Source of the DNA: an uncultured Gammaproteobacteria bacterium
GTDB lineage: Bacteria; Patescibacteriota; Patescibacteriia; UBA1558; 2-01-FULL-52-15
Length of the DNA: 64,000 nt
NCBI GenBank assembly: GCA_964422585.1
Contig: CAYRBH010000004.1
Span: 886-64,885, forward strand
Reading direction: 5' to 3'
Below are positions 47,779 to 59,167 of this stretch, piece by piece (position 1 is the first letter of the stretch; the number at the start of each line of letters is the position of its first letter). The position numbers and the translations under genes are program-made. The notes below the pieces were generated by a model. It was not told the DNA's origin and did no database searches. It worked only from the letters and a program-made list of their open reading frames with translations.

Positions 47779-49078
47779 ACGCGGTATCACGCTGGATACA
47801 CTCTGTACCCTGGCTATCCTGCTCATGCCCTGGCAGGCGAGATGGATCTTCGCGTATCATCTACTCTATGGTCAACGCTATGAGTATGGGGTCATTGGTA
47901 TCTATGCGAGTTCGGTGTTCCTGATTACTGCAGTCGTCGTGCTGCTTCGGGAAAAGGGTTTTCCATTCAAGGTCCAACGATCAGGACTATATCTCGTCGC
48001 GTGGCTTCTCTTATTAGTCTTGTTTCAACCTGATCATGATCTGGGATTTTATTATTGCTTGATGCTGCTCCTGACCTTTGGTTACTTTCTCATTGCTGCG
48101 CTCTGGGATAGGTCACGGCTTATAACGGCAAGCGTCGCAAGCGGGATACTGCAAACGCTCATCGCGTGGAAATTTTTCATTGCCCAATACATAGGACCCT
48201 CTACTATAGCGGGAGTTGCTGAACATGCGCCTGAAGTAGCAGGACAGTCTGTCGTTATCATCAATGGGCGCAGGATCTTGCGATCGTATGGCCTCTTGCC
48301 GCATCCGAATATCCTGGGAGGTTTTCTGGTCCTGAGCTTTGCCCTTGCTCTGTATCGATTCTTTCAGGATAGAAGCTCCTCGACGCAAGCAGCGTGGCAT
48401 ACTATTTTGGAACGCCTCTTCCCGCTGCTTTTCATATTCTCCGGAATTCTCATAACCTTTTCACGAGCAGCGTTGATCGAAGCAGGGCTGCTCATGTTCT
48501 GCTGGTTAATCTATAGCTATCTCATACAAGAGCAGCGTCTTTTCCGAAAACTTATTCATATCAGCGTCTATTGTCTTTTCATTTTCATCGTTTTCAATAT
48601 CGTAAGTTCAGGAGCATGGACACAACGATTCCTGCTCTCGAGCGGCGATGATCTGATGGGCAATGCTCGTTTAGAACAAATCTCAACTGACGAGAGAATA
48701 GCGTCCTATGAACAGGCTGCGGTATTTTTCACGCCCGGCAATCTGCTCTGGGGCATCGGTTTAGGAGAGTATGTGCCGAAACTCGCGCAAGTATTTCCTT
48801 CACTACCGGTCTATACCTATCAGCCAACGCATACTGCCTTCATCCTGGCGCTTCTTGAAATAGGGATCATCGGGATCCTGCTCTTTCTGTGTTTATGCAT
48901 AGCATTACTGAAGAAAGCCTGGCATGAGCAAAGAACCAATGTGCAGCAGCAGTATTTTTTCTCACTCATCGTCGTTGTAGCGTTCATGGGTTTATTCGAT
49001 CATTTCTTATGGACGCAGTATATCGGACAATCGATCTGGTGGCTGACTCTCGGACTAGCCGCGAATACTCAAAAGTAA
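47753..49078 (+). CDS. O-antigen ligase (Wzy_C) family membrane protein
   Basis: RSYGLLPHPNILGG, TFSRAA, GIGLG, H-x-x-F-x-L-x-L-x-E-x-G, FDHFLW. Confidence 0.85.
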   Translation: MNIFGPMLRRGITLDTLCTLAILLMPWQARWIFAYHLLYGQRYEYGVIGIYASSVFLITAVVVLLREKGFPFKVQRSGLYLVAWLLLLVLFQPDHDLGFYYCLMLLLTFGYFLIAALWDRSRLITASVASGILQTLIAWKFFIAQYIGPSTIAGVAEHAPEVAGQSVVIINGRRILRSYGLLPHPNILGGFLVLSFALALYRFFQDRSSSTQAAWHTILERLFPLLFIFSGILITFSRAALIEAGLLMFCWLIYSYLIQEQRLFRKLIHISVYCLFIFIVFNIVSSGAWTQRFLLSSGDDLMGNARLEQISTDERIASYEQAAVFFTPGNLLWGIGLGEYVPKLAQVFPSLPVYTYQPTHTAFILALLEIGIIGILLFLCLCIALLKKAWHEQRTNVQQQYFFSLIVVVAFMGLFDHFLWTQYIGQSIWWLTLGLAANTQK

Positions 49079-49188
49079 ATTATTAGAAAAGCAAAACACC
49101 CATCTCCGCTTCAGCATTGCTGCTGAGAGAAATGGGTGTTGATTATCGCGTTCCGCGCGACGGCGGGGGACGAGCTATAGTGTCCCGA

Positions 49189-49764
49189 CTACTTGGGTTT
49201 GCCGTCGTCAGGCTTTGCTTCGGCAGCCTTAGCAGCTTCAGCTGCCGCCTCTTTTGCTTTTTCGTTGGCCTCACTGAGCAGGCGCTCCGCTTCGAGGCCT
49301 TGCATCCGTTCGGCTCGTGCCTTGGCATCGTAACGCATGTCGATACTTACGACCCTCACGACGCGCTCGTAGTTGAGCTGGTCTGCGCTTGCTTTTGGCT
49401 CTGCAGGTTCGGATTTCTCAGCCGGTACGATCCGGAATTGTGCCCTCTCCGGCTTGGTGACCTTGTACTCGCGGATGAGCACATGGTCACCGACCTTGAC
49501 CTTGAGGGACGTTGCGATCGTCTCCACGGAGTTGATCATCCTTCCCTTTTCATCTCCGTTGGCCGACTGAACGTAGATGAGTTGATACCCCGAGAATGGG
49601 ATCTCATCGGGGTAGATTGCGAGTACTGTCGACTCGCCGAGCGGGTCGTTCGAGGACAGTCTTGCGCGATCCCAATGCTCGTCCTCCTTCGCCTTCTTGT
49701 CTCCGCAGCCCACGAGGAGTATGACGGCGAAGCTGCATGTCAGCATGGTCAGAAACTTGTGCAT
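49189..49764 (-). CDS. lipoprotein
   Basis: Lipobox LVGC; AAGGAG SD. Confidence 0.75.
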   Translation of the reverse strand: MHKFLTMLTCSFAVILLVGCGDKKAKEDEHWDRARLSSNDPLGESTVLAIYPDEIPFSGYQLIYVQSANGDEKGRMINSVETIATSLKVKVGDHVLIREYKVTKPERAQFRIVPAEKSEPAEPKASADQLNYERVVRVVSIDMRYDAKARAERMQGLEAERLLSEANEKAKEAAAEAAKAAEAKPDDGKPK

Positions 49765-49824
49765 CGAATCTCCTTGTAAGCACGCCTTCTTTCGAAGGCG
49801 CGCTCGGTTCAGTCATCAGGTGGA

Positions 49825-50397
49825 TTACAGACGGGAATGCGCGAAGCCGAGCAGCGCCATGAGCACGAGAGTGCCGATCACGCCGGGGGCGTCGAACTTG
49901 CCGCTCTTCATCTTGCCGACGAAAGCGTTGGCGAGAGGGAGATACACCATGAAGAGGCCGGTCACCATTCGAGCGTCCTGCGGGTCCACGTGGCTGGTGT
50001 GCCTGTAGAACAAGAGGGCGATCGTCACGACCGCTGTCAGGTGGAACGCATTCACCAGGCCCGAAGCCGTGAAGTTCAGGCCGGGGGAGCAGATGTGTTC
50101 CTGTCGGTCTGTCATCAGCGACCACACGACGTGCAGTCCGATGGAGATCACCGTTCCGTACAGAAGGTTCTCGCCGATCTGTTCCGGTGTCCACTGGGGG
50201 GCGTACTTCCACATGATGCTGGCGGCCAGCGGGATGAGGATGAAATTGCCCCACATCGCCGAGTGCCGGACGAACGGGAAGCCGTTCTTGAAGCCCTTGT
50301 CGTGCATCTGGACGGACGTGAACAGTCTTTGCCCCGCGGCCAGAAAGGCAGCGAGGAGAAAGAAAGAGACAGCGACCAAGAACGCCATGTTCAGCAT
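49825..50397 (-). CDS. polytopic membrane protein
   Basis: About six TM helices; GGAGG SD; TTGACA-17-TAATAT promoter (50548-50520). Confidence 0.7.
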   Translation of the reverse strand: MLNMAFLVAVSFFLLAAFLAAGQRLFTSVQMHDKGFKNGFPFVRHSAMWGNFILIPLAASIMWKYAPQWTPEQIGENLLYGTVISIGLHVVWSLMTDRQEHICSPGLNFTASGLVNAFHLTAVVTIALLFYRHTSHVDPQDARMVTGLFMVYLPLANAFVGKMKSGKFDAPGVIGTLVLMALLGFAHSRL

Positions 50398-50573
50398 ACT
50401 ACCTACCTCCGATATGACGCGCGAAGCGTCCGAGTTAGAGCAAGGTGAGTCGCTCCTACTATATTTGAAAGGTTTTTAGGCCTTTTTTGATGTGCTATCA
50501 AGGTACTGCGTAACTTTAGATATTACCATTTTTATTCATTTTTGTCAATATATGCCTTTTTTTAGCGAACTTC

Positions 50574-50602
50574 TTGACACCACTATCTATTTTACATACA
50601 AT
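50574..50602 (+). promoter_or_regulatory. sigma70 promoter of groESL
   Basis: TTGACA-17 nt-TACAAT. Confidence 0.8.
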
Positions 50603-50609
50603 ACCGAAG

Positions 50610-50636
50610 CTAGCACTCGAAATATATGAGTGCTAA
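50610..50636 (+). promoter_or_regulatory. CIRCE element (HrcA operator)
   Basis: cTAGCACTC-N9-GAGTGCTAA between the promoter and groES. Confidence 0.93.
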
Positions 50637-50669
50637 TCATACTATTAATAGCACTAATGTAGAGAACCT

Positions 50670-50945
50670 ATGAAGTTACGACCACTAGGGTATCGAATAG
50701 TCGTGAAGCCTACGCCGAAAGAAGAGGTGACTAAATCAGGTATTATTTTGCCCGAATCAGTCGATAAAGAGAATAAGGCCGAGGGTGAAGTGATCGCTAT
50801 TGGGAATGGCGAACGTATACAGAAGCTGAACTTGAAGATCGGAGACAAGGTTGTCTATAGTCAGTATGGCGGTTCAGAAGTGAAGATCGATGGTAAAGAG
50901 TATAAAATTTTGGCCGGCGAAGATGTACTCGCAGTCATTGAATAA
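50670..50945 (+). CDS. groES: co-chaperonin GroES
   Basis: LRPLGYRIVV, TKSGIILP, GEVIAIGNG, DVLAVI. Confidence 0.97.
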   Translation: MKLRPLGYRIVVKPTPKEEVTKSGIILPESVDKENKAEGEVIAIGNGERIQKLNLKIGDKVVYSQYGGSEVKIDGKEYKILAGEDVLAVIE

Positions 50946-52646
<1,701 letters not shown>

Positions 52647-52705
52647 TCGAGCTGCGTTGTAGCAGCATTGTTCGAAGGCAAAGGTATACTAGTAAGAAAC
52701 ATGAT

Positions 52706-52732
52706 AAAGAGATTCCCTAGGGAGTCTCTTTA
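52706..52732 (+). terminator. groEL terminator
   Basis: AAAGAGATTCC-CTAG-GGAGTCTCTTTT. Confidence 0.65.
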
Positions 52733-52761
52733 CTTTGTGCTATACTGATGTTGTAACAATT

Positions 52762-53439
52762 ATGCCAGACGAAGATAACAAAAAGAAAAAATTCAATCCC
52801 TACCTAGCTCCGACCGAAGGTGAGGATGAGCCGAAATTGGACGATGAAGATGAGGATACCCCTCAGCCCTCTGAAGATGAGCAGGTAGAAGAAGAGTTTG
52901 GTGATGACGATGATGGCGGACAAGTAGCTGTCCAGACCCCGGATCAAGAGATGTATGAGGTCGATGAGATGGCGGATGCGTCGAACGAGAAACCGCAGGA
53001 GGCGCCAGTAGTAGCGGCAACTCCTGAGGTTAAGGCAGAGAAGCCTCGTTCATGGAGCCTCTCCGCGCTCGGTCTTATACTCATACTGATGCTGTGTGAC
53101 ATAGTTGCGCAGCGGATGGGCATACAATGGTTCTGGACTCCGCGCACGATATATAGCATGTCGTATGTCTTGAGGGCCGGTACCTTGCTGGTGGCAGCGT
53201 ATGCCTGGCATCGTTCACTGTTTCGTGATGATCGTATTGCATTTCGATCTGTCTTCATCTGGCTCGGGCTGGTTTCAGGCATCCTGCTCGCGCTACTTCG
53301 CTTCATCGGCGAGCCATCATTCTGGGCATTCATCAATATGGTCGTCGAACCGCTGGACAGCACCATTCTCGCGCTGGCCATGTGGTATATCGTGCAGCAT
53401 CTAACAACTAAATTAAAACTAATCAAACAAACAGTATGA
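52762..53439 (+). CDS. membrane protein with an acidic disordered N-terminus
   Basis: D/E-rich N-terminus followed by four TM helices. Confidence 0.7.
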   Translation: MPDEDNKKKKFNPYLAPTEGEDEPKLDDEDEDTPQPSEDEQVEEEFGDDDDGGQVAVQTPDQEMYEVDEMADASNEKPQEAPVVAATPEVKAEKPRSWSLSALGLILILMLCDIVAQRMGIQWFWTPRTIYSMSYVLRAGTLLVAAYAWHRSLFRDDRIAFRSVFIWLGLVSGILLALLRFIGEPSFWAFINMVVEPLDSTILALAMWYIVQHLTTKLKLIKQTV

Positions 53440-53750
53440 AAAATACATCCAAAGTGAAAGTGGCGAATGTGCCGGAGCATGAGCGCTTCACAGCGGCATT
53501 ATCGTATGTCTGGGTATTGTCGCTGTATCCGCTGCTCTTCAAAAAAGACTCCTCATTCATACAGTTTCATGCGAAGCAGGGTGTCGCCTTGTTCGTCATA
53601 GAGCTGTTGAGCTTCGTGTTTCTATTCTTCGCTCCACTGGTCATCATCGCCTGCGTCATCATCTCCATCCTCGGTATTCGGGCAGCGCTCGCAGGACAGT
53701 ACTGGAGCGTTCCTTTTTTGGGTGACTGGGTCAAGAAATTGGGGATTTAA
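53436..53750 (+). CDS. DUF4870-like membrane protein
   Basis: AALSY, FIQFHAKQG, G-x-x-W-x-V-P-F-L-G. Confidence 0.8.
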   Translation: MKNTSKVKVANVPEHERFTAALSYVWVLSLYPLLFKKDSSFIQFHAKQGVALFVIELLSFVFLFFAPLVIIACVIISILGIRAALAGQYWSVPFLGDWVKKLGI

Positions 53751-53766
53751 TAACTAAGGAGCTTTC

Positions 53767-56160
53767 ATGCAAAAGAAAAACAGATACATACTGTGGTTCA
53801 AGGAAACCGGTATCAAGGACATTCCCTTGGTCGGCGGTAAGAACGCGTCTCTCGGCGAGATGTTCCAATTTCTGACGCCGAAAGGTGTTCGCATTCCCAA
53901 TGGTTTCTCTGTCACGGCCCAGGCATATAACTATTTCTTACGTGAGACCGGCTTGCGAAGTCGCATCAAGGCCATACTTGCTGATTTGAACACTAAGAGC
54001 ATCCATAATCTCCAAGAGCGCGGTCATAAAGTCAGGCAGGAGATACTGAAAGCGACTTTCCCTCAGGATCTGCAGAATGAAATCTTGAAGAATTATCATG
54101 AGCTCTCGAAGCTCTATCAGTTGAATGATGTCGACGTAGCTATCCGTTCATCGGCGACGGCAGAAGACTTACCTGACGCGTCATTCGCAGGACAGCAGGA
54201 GAGCTATTTGAATATTCGCGGGGACTATGCAGTGCTTGATGCGTGTAAGAAATGCGTCTCGTCATTGTTCACTGACCGAGCTATCTCATATCGTACCGAT
54301 AAGCATTTCGATCATTTCGATATTGCCTTGTCCATCACGGTGCAGAAGATGGTCCGCTCAGATAAAGCTTGCTCTGGCGTTATGTTCACGATCGACACTG
54401 AATCAGGGTTCCGTGATACGGTGCTCATCAATGCGTCCTATGGCTTGGGCGAGTATATCGTGAAAGGTGAAGTCACGCCGGATGAATACTATGTGTTTAA
54501 ACCATTACTGAAAACGAAGTTCAAGCCCATCGTTGGCAAAACACTCGGATCAAAAGTACGTAAACTCATTTACGCGCATGGTGGTAATGCGCCGACGAAA
54601 AATATGCAGGTAAGCCCGGAAGATAGGATCAAGTTTGCATTGACGGATACTGAAGTATTGCAGCTCGCGAAATGGGGCGTGCAGATCGAGCAGCACTATA
54701 AGAAGCCAATGGACATGGAGTGGGCCAAGGATGGCGTTTCCGACGAGCTCTATATTGTTCAGGCGCGCCCTGAGACCGTCGTATCTAGGAAAGATGCCGC
54801 CGTGCTCGAAGAGTATCGTCTGCAGGAACGAGGCAGGGTCCTGGCGAAGGGAGCTTCGGTCGGTTCGAAGATCGGCATGGGTCGGGCGAATACTATCAAG
54901 GACGTGAATGAAATTGATAAGTTCCATGAGGGCGAGGTCCTGATCACTGAGATGACAGACCCTGATTGGGAGCCGATCATGAAGAAGGCATCGGCTATCG
55001 TTACCAATTCCGGCGGACGCACTTGTCACGCTGCTATCGTTTCCCGCGAGCTCGGCATCCCGTGCGTTGTGGGCACGACTAATGGCACGCATACGATCAA
55101 GCATGGCTCGACCGTGACCGTATCCTGCGCTGAAGGTGACACCGGCTATATCTATGCTGGTAAGCTCAAATATGACATCAAGAAAACAGATCTGAAGAAA
55201 TTCAAACTGCCGACCAGAACGAAGATCATGATGAATGTAGCGAACCCTGAAACGGCTTTCGCGACCAGTTTCATCCCGAATGAAGGCGTGGGTCTTGCTC
55301 GCGAAGAGTTGATCATCAATAATGCGATCAAGATACATCCTTTGGCGCTCGTGCATTTCGACAAGCTGAAGGATACGAAGGCGAAGCGACAGATCGCGCA
55401 TTTGACCGTGGGCTATAAGGACAAGAAAGAGTACTATATCGATAAGCTGGCTCATGGTGTCGCGCGCATCGCGGCCGCATTCTATCCGAAAGATGTTATT
55501 ATTCGCTTGGCGGATTTCCGCTCCAATGAGTACTCAGAGCTTATCGGCGGCCGCGAATTCGAACCAACCGACGAGCGCAATCCGATGATTGGCTGGCGTG
55601 GAGCGAGCAGGTACTATACACCTGCGTATATCCCTGCCTTTGTCCTAGAATTGAAGGCCATCAAACGCGTGCGAGAAGTAATGGGGCTGAAGAATTTGAA
55701 AGTGATGATACCATTCTGCCGCACCATCGATGAAGGAAAGAAAGTCTTGAAAATTATGGCTGACAATGGCTTGAAGCAGGGCGTTGACGGACTCGAGGTC
55801 TATGTGATGTGCGAGATACCATCGAATGTGATACTCGCCGATCAGTTCTCGAAGCTCTTCGACGGATTCTCTATCGGTTCCAATGATCTGACGCAGCTCA
55901 TCCTTGGGGTTGATCGTGATTCTGAGTTGGTTAGCAAGGTGTATGATGAAAATAATGATGCGGTGAAGCGGATGATCTCGCAGGTCATCAAAACCGCTAA
56001 GAAGAATAAATGCAAGATCGGCATCTGTGGTCAGGCGCCGTCGGATTTCCCTGAATTCGCCAAGTTCTTGATGAAAGAAGGGATTGATTCGATATCCCTG
56101 AATCCTGATACCGTGATCAAGACATCCGTTGCTTTGAACGCAATGAATAAGAGAACATAA
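53767..56160 (+). CDS. ppsA: phosphoenolpyruvate synthase
   Basis: VGGKNASLGE, RSSATAEDLPDASFAGQQE, QARPETV, GGRTCHAAI, FSIGSNDLTQ, GICGQAPS. Confidence 0.97.
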   Translation: MQKKNRYILWFKETGIKDIPLVGGKNASLGEMFQFLTPKGVRIPNGFSVTAQAYNYFLRETGLRSRIKAILADLNTKSIHNLQERGHKVRQEILKATFPQDLQNEILKNYHELSKLYQLNDVDVAIRSSATAEDLPDASFAGQQESYLNIRGDYAVLDACKKCVSSLFTDRAISYRTDKHFDHFDIALSITVQKMVRSDKACSGVMFTIDTESGFRDTVLINASYGLGEYIVKGEVTPDEYYVFKPLLKTKFKPIVGKTLGSKVRKLIYAHGGNAPTKNMQVSPEDRIKFALTDTEVLQLAKWGVQIEQHYKKPMDMEWAKDGVSDELYIVQARPETVVSRKDAAVLEEYRLQERGRVLAKGASVGSKIGMGRANTIKDVNEIDKFHEGEVLITEMTDPDWEPIMKKASAIVTNSGGRTCHAAIVSRELGIPCVVGTTNGTHTIKHGSTVTVSCAEGDTGYIYAGKLKYDIKKTDLKKFKLPTRTKIMMNVANPETAFATSFIPNEGVGLAREELIINNAIKIHPLALVHFDKLKDTKAKRQIAHLTVGYKDKKEYYIDKLAHGVARIAAAFYPKDVIIRLADFRSNEYSELIGGREFEPTDERNPMIGWRGASRYYTPAYIPAFVLELKAIKRVREVMGLKNLKVMIPFCRTIDEGKKVLKIMADNGLKQGVDGLEVYVMCEIPSNVILADQFSKLFDGFSIGSNDLTQLILGVDRDSELVSKVYDENNDAVKRMISQVIKTAKKNKCKIGICGQAPSDFPEFAKFLMKEGIDSISLNPDTVIKTSVALNAMNKRT

Positions 56161-56170
56161 CTGCAAGACT

Positions 56171-56449
56171 ATGCATGAAGGAGAAAAAGATTTTCAGGAG
56201 GATATGATGGGGGAGCTTGGTAATCCACGAGAAGGTAAGGAGGGTGCTATGGATGGAGAGATGGAGGCCGCCGTCACGCAGTTCAAGGGCTTCACTTTGC
56301 AAGAAGCGGTATTTGTCACAGGTATGCAAGGAGAGCACGTTATTCATGCCTTCTATCCTGAGACTAATGAAGTAGAAGTGTTGCCTGCGTTGGGCGCAGA
56401 TGACGATGAAAGAAAAATCGTCTCAGTCGATCGTCTGGTGAAGAAATAG
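56171..56449 (+). CDS. acidic hypothetical protein
   Basis: Co-oriented ORF after ppsA. Confidence 0.6.
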   Translation: MHEGEKDFQEDMMGELGNPREGKEGAMDGEMEAAVTQFKGFTLQEAVFVTGMQGEHVIHAFYPETNEVEVLPALGADDDERKIVSVDRLVKK

Positions 56450-56521
56450 AAAGTGCCGCCAGAGCATTATGCTGGTATATTGACTTTCTGCTCCTGTCTT
56501 TTTATAATCCCTGCGCTTCAG

Positions 56522-56609
56522 GGAGAGTTCGCATAGTGGTCTAGTGCGCACGCTTGGAAAGCGTGTATACCGCAAGGTATCGAGGGTTCGAATCCCTCAC
56601 TCTCCGCCA
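56522..56609 (+). tRNA. tRNA-Ser (anticodon GGA)
   Basis: Acceptor stem GGAGAGT/ACTCTCC-GCCA; anticodon arm CACGC-TTGGAAA-GCGTG; long variable arm; GGTTCGAATCC T-arm. Confidence 0.97.
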
Positions 56610-56803
56610 TTGCTTTCTAGGCTCATTGAAGATGAGTATAGAAAGCAATAGTCAGGTAAAGGATTCGAACGGGCAGCAGCGAGATGTGAGTGAAGACGAA
56701 CAATCGAGCGCCGACTGAAGCGAGCGAGCAGAGCTTCAGGCGCTGCCCCTGGACAACGAAGCGGCCAGCCGGCCGCGAGGCGAAAATCCCTCACTCTCCG
56801 CCA
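56610..56803 (+). repeat. tRNA-linked element ending in a 19-bp duplication of the tRNA 3' end
   Basis: AATCCCTCACTCTCCGCCA at 56591-56609 and 56785-56803; internal GGATTCGAAC is complementary to the T-arm. Confidence 0.8.
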
Positions 56804-56858
56804 GGAATACTTAGTATCGGATGACCTGAATATTTTGAGATTTGCTATACATACCTAT

Positions 56859-57164
56859 ATGAGTAGAACAATTTCCAGCGGCGTCGCACATGGGCTACCA
56901 GCAGACTTGCGGCAAGCTCTATCATCTGATCCAAAAGCATTGGCTGCCTGGGAAGACATCACGCCACTTTCGCGCAATGAATGGATTTGCTGGACTATCT
57001 TCGTTAAAACTCCAGAGAAGAGGAAGGAGCATGTCAGCAGAGTCATCTCAGAACTTAAGGAAGGCATGCGTCGCCCGTGTTGTTGGCTTGGCTGCACTCA
57101 TCGCACAGATAAAAAACTAAGCCCTTCGCAAAAGTTTGTACTCAGTAAAAGGGCTAGAAAGTGA
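56859..57164 (+). CDS. YdeI/OmpD-associated family protein
   Basis: LPADLRQAL, WEDITPLSRNEWICW, RRPCCWLGC. Confidence 0.85.
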   Translation: MSRTISSGVAHGLPADLRQALSSDPKALAAWEDITPLSRNEWICWTIFVKTPEKRKEHVSRVISELKEGMRRPCCWLGCTHRTDKKLSPSQKFVLSKRARK

Positions 57165-57229
57165 GACTCGCCCAGAGCCTTGTTGTCTTCAGCCTAGAGG
57201 CGATAGAATAAGGTTTTAGGCAATCATCA

Positions 57230-57718
57230 ATGAAAAATAATATGGATAAGGAGATAGTTACACCAGCGTATTTAGACGCCGCAAGAGAAAAGAAGGCAAT
57301 TTTGGATTATATTCTTCAAAATTGTATCTTCGCCTTCGACGAGTTGTGTCGCGTCAATAAGAGGCTCATCGCCGGACTCAGTCCCAGTTCTAATGCCGAT
57401 GTAAACCATCTTGGAGCTATGAATAGAATGATTCAAGATTATTTAATCATTCGGGTTGCAGGATTATTCGATAAAACAGAATATAGAACAAACGGCGCCA
57501 ATGATGAGGTAGTTTCTTTCGAAAAAATATATCGGGGAGATCAAAAATATAAAGAATTAAAACAGGAAGAAGTGATCAAGTATATCATTAATCAAAGGGA
57601 TAACTTTGTTGCGCATACGAACAAAAATCATATCGAAAATAATTTTCCAGCAACCAGAAAAATTTGTGATTCTAATCTTAAAGAATTGTTAAAGGACTTG
57701 GCGGATTTGTTAAATTAG
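57230..57718 (+). CDS. putative HEPN (AbiU2-like) domain protein
   Basis: AT-rich; LIIRVAGLFD and RDNFVAH (Rx4-6H) motifs. Confidence 0.55.
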   Translation: MKNNMDKEIVTPAYLDAAREKKAILDYILQNCIFAFDELCRVNKRLIAGLSPSSNADVNHLGAMNRMIQDYLIIRVAGLFDKTEYRTNGANDEVVSFEKIYRGDQKYKELKQEEVIKYIINQRDNFVAHTNKNHIENNFPATRKICDSNLKELLKDLADLLN

Positions 57719-57803
57719 CCACCAAGGAAAAACCTAGTCAAAAATTGGAAGTGAAAAAATGATTTTTTGTACAAATCATTTTTTTTGGGCTATGATACAT
57801 TCT

Positions 57804-59042
57804 ATGTCATCTGCTCTCCAGTCATCTGATAGGAAATGGGCGCATATGCTCAATAAAGTCCCGGAAATCACGCTCTGGTTCTGGTTTATTAAGGTTATGT
57901 GTACCACGGTCGGAGAAACAGCCGCTGACTACTTGAATGTTAACCTCAACCTTGGGCTTACCGGTACATCGATCATCACCGGAGTCCTGCTCGCCGTTGC
58001 ATTGTTCTTCCAATTCAGGGCAAAGAAGTATGTTCCGGTTACCTACTGGCTTTCCGTTATGTTTATTAGTGTTTTCGGAACGCTGGTGACTGATAACCTG
58101 ACGGACAAAATCGGTGTGCCGCTTGAAACGAGCACCATCGTTTTTAGCATTCTTTTGGCGGCCACGTTTCTCATTTGGTATTATTTCGAGAAGACGCTCT
58201 CGATCCATTCGATCTTTACCTCACGACGCGAAGCGTTTTATTGGCTCGCGATTCTCTTTACCTTTGCACTTGGCACGGCAGCAGGCGACCTCATGGCAGA
58301 AGGTTTGGGTCTTGGGTATGCGACCACTGGCTTTATCATCGCGGGACTCATCGCGCTATTCGCGATCGGCTGGCGACTGAAGCTCAATCCAGTGCTCTCA
58401 TTCTGGCTCATCTATATTCTGACCAGACCCCTCGGCGCATCGATCGGTGATTACCTCTCGCAGCAGCCGAAGTATGGCGGATTAGGACTTGGCGCAACGA
58501 TCACCAGCTTTATTTTTGTGGGCGGTATTCTGGTCATTGTCGCGTACCTTTCGATCTCGAAGAAAGATCGTATTGATAAAGAAACAACACAAGAGATCAG
58601 AGAAGAAATCGTTGCAGATCAAAGCAGGAGCGGCCTGCTCCAGACCGCGGTCGTGGTTACACTGCTGGTAATTGCCGGCCTTATTGGATATCACGTGCGA
58701 CAGGCAGCGCTTCAGATGCCAGAGACGACCGCGCAGCCGACTGCCACGAGCACTCCTGGCTCCGTTCAGCAATCACCGCTTGGTGACCTTTCTTCATTCA
58801 AAACCATTACCCAAGACTCCCTCGATCTGCTGAACGCAGGAAATCAGTCCGGCGCGACTACTCGTATCGGAGATTTGGAATATGAATGGGATACTGCCGA
58901 GGCGCGTTTGAAGCCGAAAGATATAGCAGTATGGACTCTTATAGACGGCAAAATTGATACAGTATTACGAGAACTGAGGGCGGTGAATCCGCATGCGACG
59001 ACTGAGAAAGCAGCGCTTGAAGCCTTACTCGCCGTTCTGTAG
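57804..59042 (+). CDS. COG4705/DUF347 membrane-anchored protein with a C-terminal helical domain
   Basis: NKVPEIT, TTVGETAAD, FALGTAAGD, TRPLGASIGD repeats. Confidence 0.85.
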   Translation: MSSALQSSDRKWAHMLNKVPEITLWFWFIKVMCTTVGETAADYLNVNLNLGLTGTSIITGVLLAVALFFQFRAKKYVPVTYWLSVMFISVFGTLVTDNLTDKIGVPLETSTIVFSILLAATFLIWYYFEKTLSIHSIFTSRREAFYWLAILFTFALGTAAGDLMAEGLGLGYATTGFIIAGLIALFAIGWRLKLNPVLSFWLIYILTRPLGASIGDYLSQQPKYGGLGLGATITSFIFVGGILVIVAYLSISKKDRIDKETTQEIREEIVADQSRSGLLQTAVVVTLLVIAGLIGYHVRQAALQMPETTAQPTATSTPGSVQQSPLGDLSSFKTITQDSLDLLNAGNQSGATTRIGDLEYEWDTAEARLKPKDIAVWTLIDGKIDTVLRELRAVNPHATTEKAALEALLAVL

Positions 59043-59167
59043 TAAGTATGATGCAACTGTCGAAGAAGCTTGTTGTATAGGTTTTTTGGTCAAAGATACC
59101 TAGCTGAACCCCGAGCAGGCGCATAGAATGGATTTTTTCAGAGATTTGTGTAGACTTAGTCCTATCT

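Noticed and set aside
59043-59167. T-box leaders ahead of proS (and trpS at 36836)
   Set aside because: No GGTGGNACC motif; both genes have -10-like boxes close to the start codon.
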